64,000 nucleotides of DNA from a virus. Made by a program: the position numbers and the translations under genes. Shown piece after piece: positions 63,837 to 64,000 of the stretch (the stretch's first letter is position 1; every line of letters begins with the position of its first letter). The stretch lies in IMG/VR virus record IMGVR_UViG_3300028800_000059, positions 96,001-160,000 of that record, one strand, 5' to 3'. Below the pieces are notes generated by a model that was given only the letters and a program-made list of their open reading frames with translations, ran no database searches and had not been told where the DNA came from.

Positions 63837-64000
63837 TTATCTTGGATATCCTAGTGTTGCAACGCCATACATATACGTGCCATCAGAAAGGAAGGTCAAA
63901 ATAGTTGAAGTATTGGCCGTCTGAGAAATTTGTGGCGCTACGTTTCCTGGCCATATATATTGGGTGCCGAATGTCAAAATTCGAGAACCAACAGAATCTT
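63837..64000 (-). CDS. 3' end of a fibre-associated protein (truncated by the window edge)
   Basis: ...LTFGTQYIWPGNVAPQIS...ILTFLSDGTYMYGVAT, similar to the C-terminus of ORF 33874-34359. Confidence 0.65.
   Translation of the reverse strand, partial: DSVGSRILTFGTQYIWPGNVAPQISQTANTSTILTFLSDGTYMYGVATLGYPR

Noticed and set aside
1-64000. CRISPR array
   Set aside because: No run of equal-length repeats with unique spacers was seen; the only exact repeats are intragenic or two-copy
1-64000. Alternative genetic code (stop-codon reassignment)
   Set aside because: Core genes (gp17, gp18, gp20, gp23, gp46, uvsW) translate full length in the standard code, and TAA, TAG and TGA all end genes

Overview
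A 64-kb segment of a large T4-like myophage (T4 superfamily). The gene order resembles that of marine/freshwater and alphaproteobacterial T4-like phages. Almost everything is on the minus strand. Read in transcription order (right to left), the window holds fibre/virion accessory genes, neck gp13-gp14, gp15, terminase gp16-gp17, sheath gp18, tube gp19, portal gp20, prohead core/internal proteins, gp68, gp21-gp22-gp23, gp3, uvsY-uvsW, late sigma gp55, gp47-gp46, sliding clamp gp45, clamp loader gp44/gp62 and regA. Accessory content includes a complete PrkA(YeaG)-YeaH-SpoVR operon and a divergent, GC-richer MoxR/CobS-like AAA+ / peptidase-vWA pair. It also includes a candidate modification cluster (GNAT-like/2OG-Fe(II) dioxygenase, PLP enzyme, amino-methyltransferase), three GT-A glycosyltransferases, peptide deformylase, NADAR, MazG, dUTPase, dNMP kinase and five free-standing homing-type endonucleases. 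Most notable non-standard signals: (1) modular head proteins that look like gp21-processed polyproteins with capsid-targeting sequences and DnaJ-type Zn fingers; (2) an HNH gene flanked by two synonymously divergent copies of its host gene's C-terminus; (3) an A-AAA-AAG slippery site at the regA end whose -1 frame couples to dUTPase; (4) a near-consensus sigma70 promoter pointing antisense just upstream of gp55; (5) an apparent ATT start for gp15; (6) many apparently leaderless late genes. All protein calls come from motif recognition by eye; no database search was run. No CRISPR array, tRNA, rRNA, intein or intron was found.
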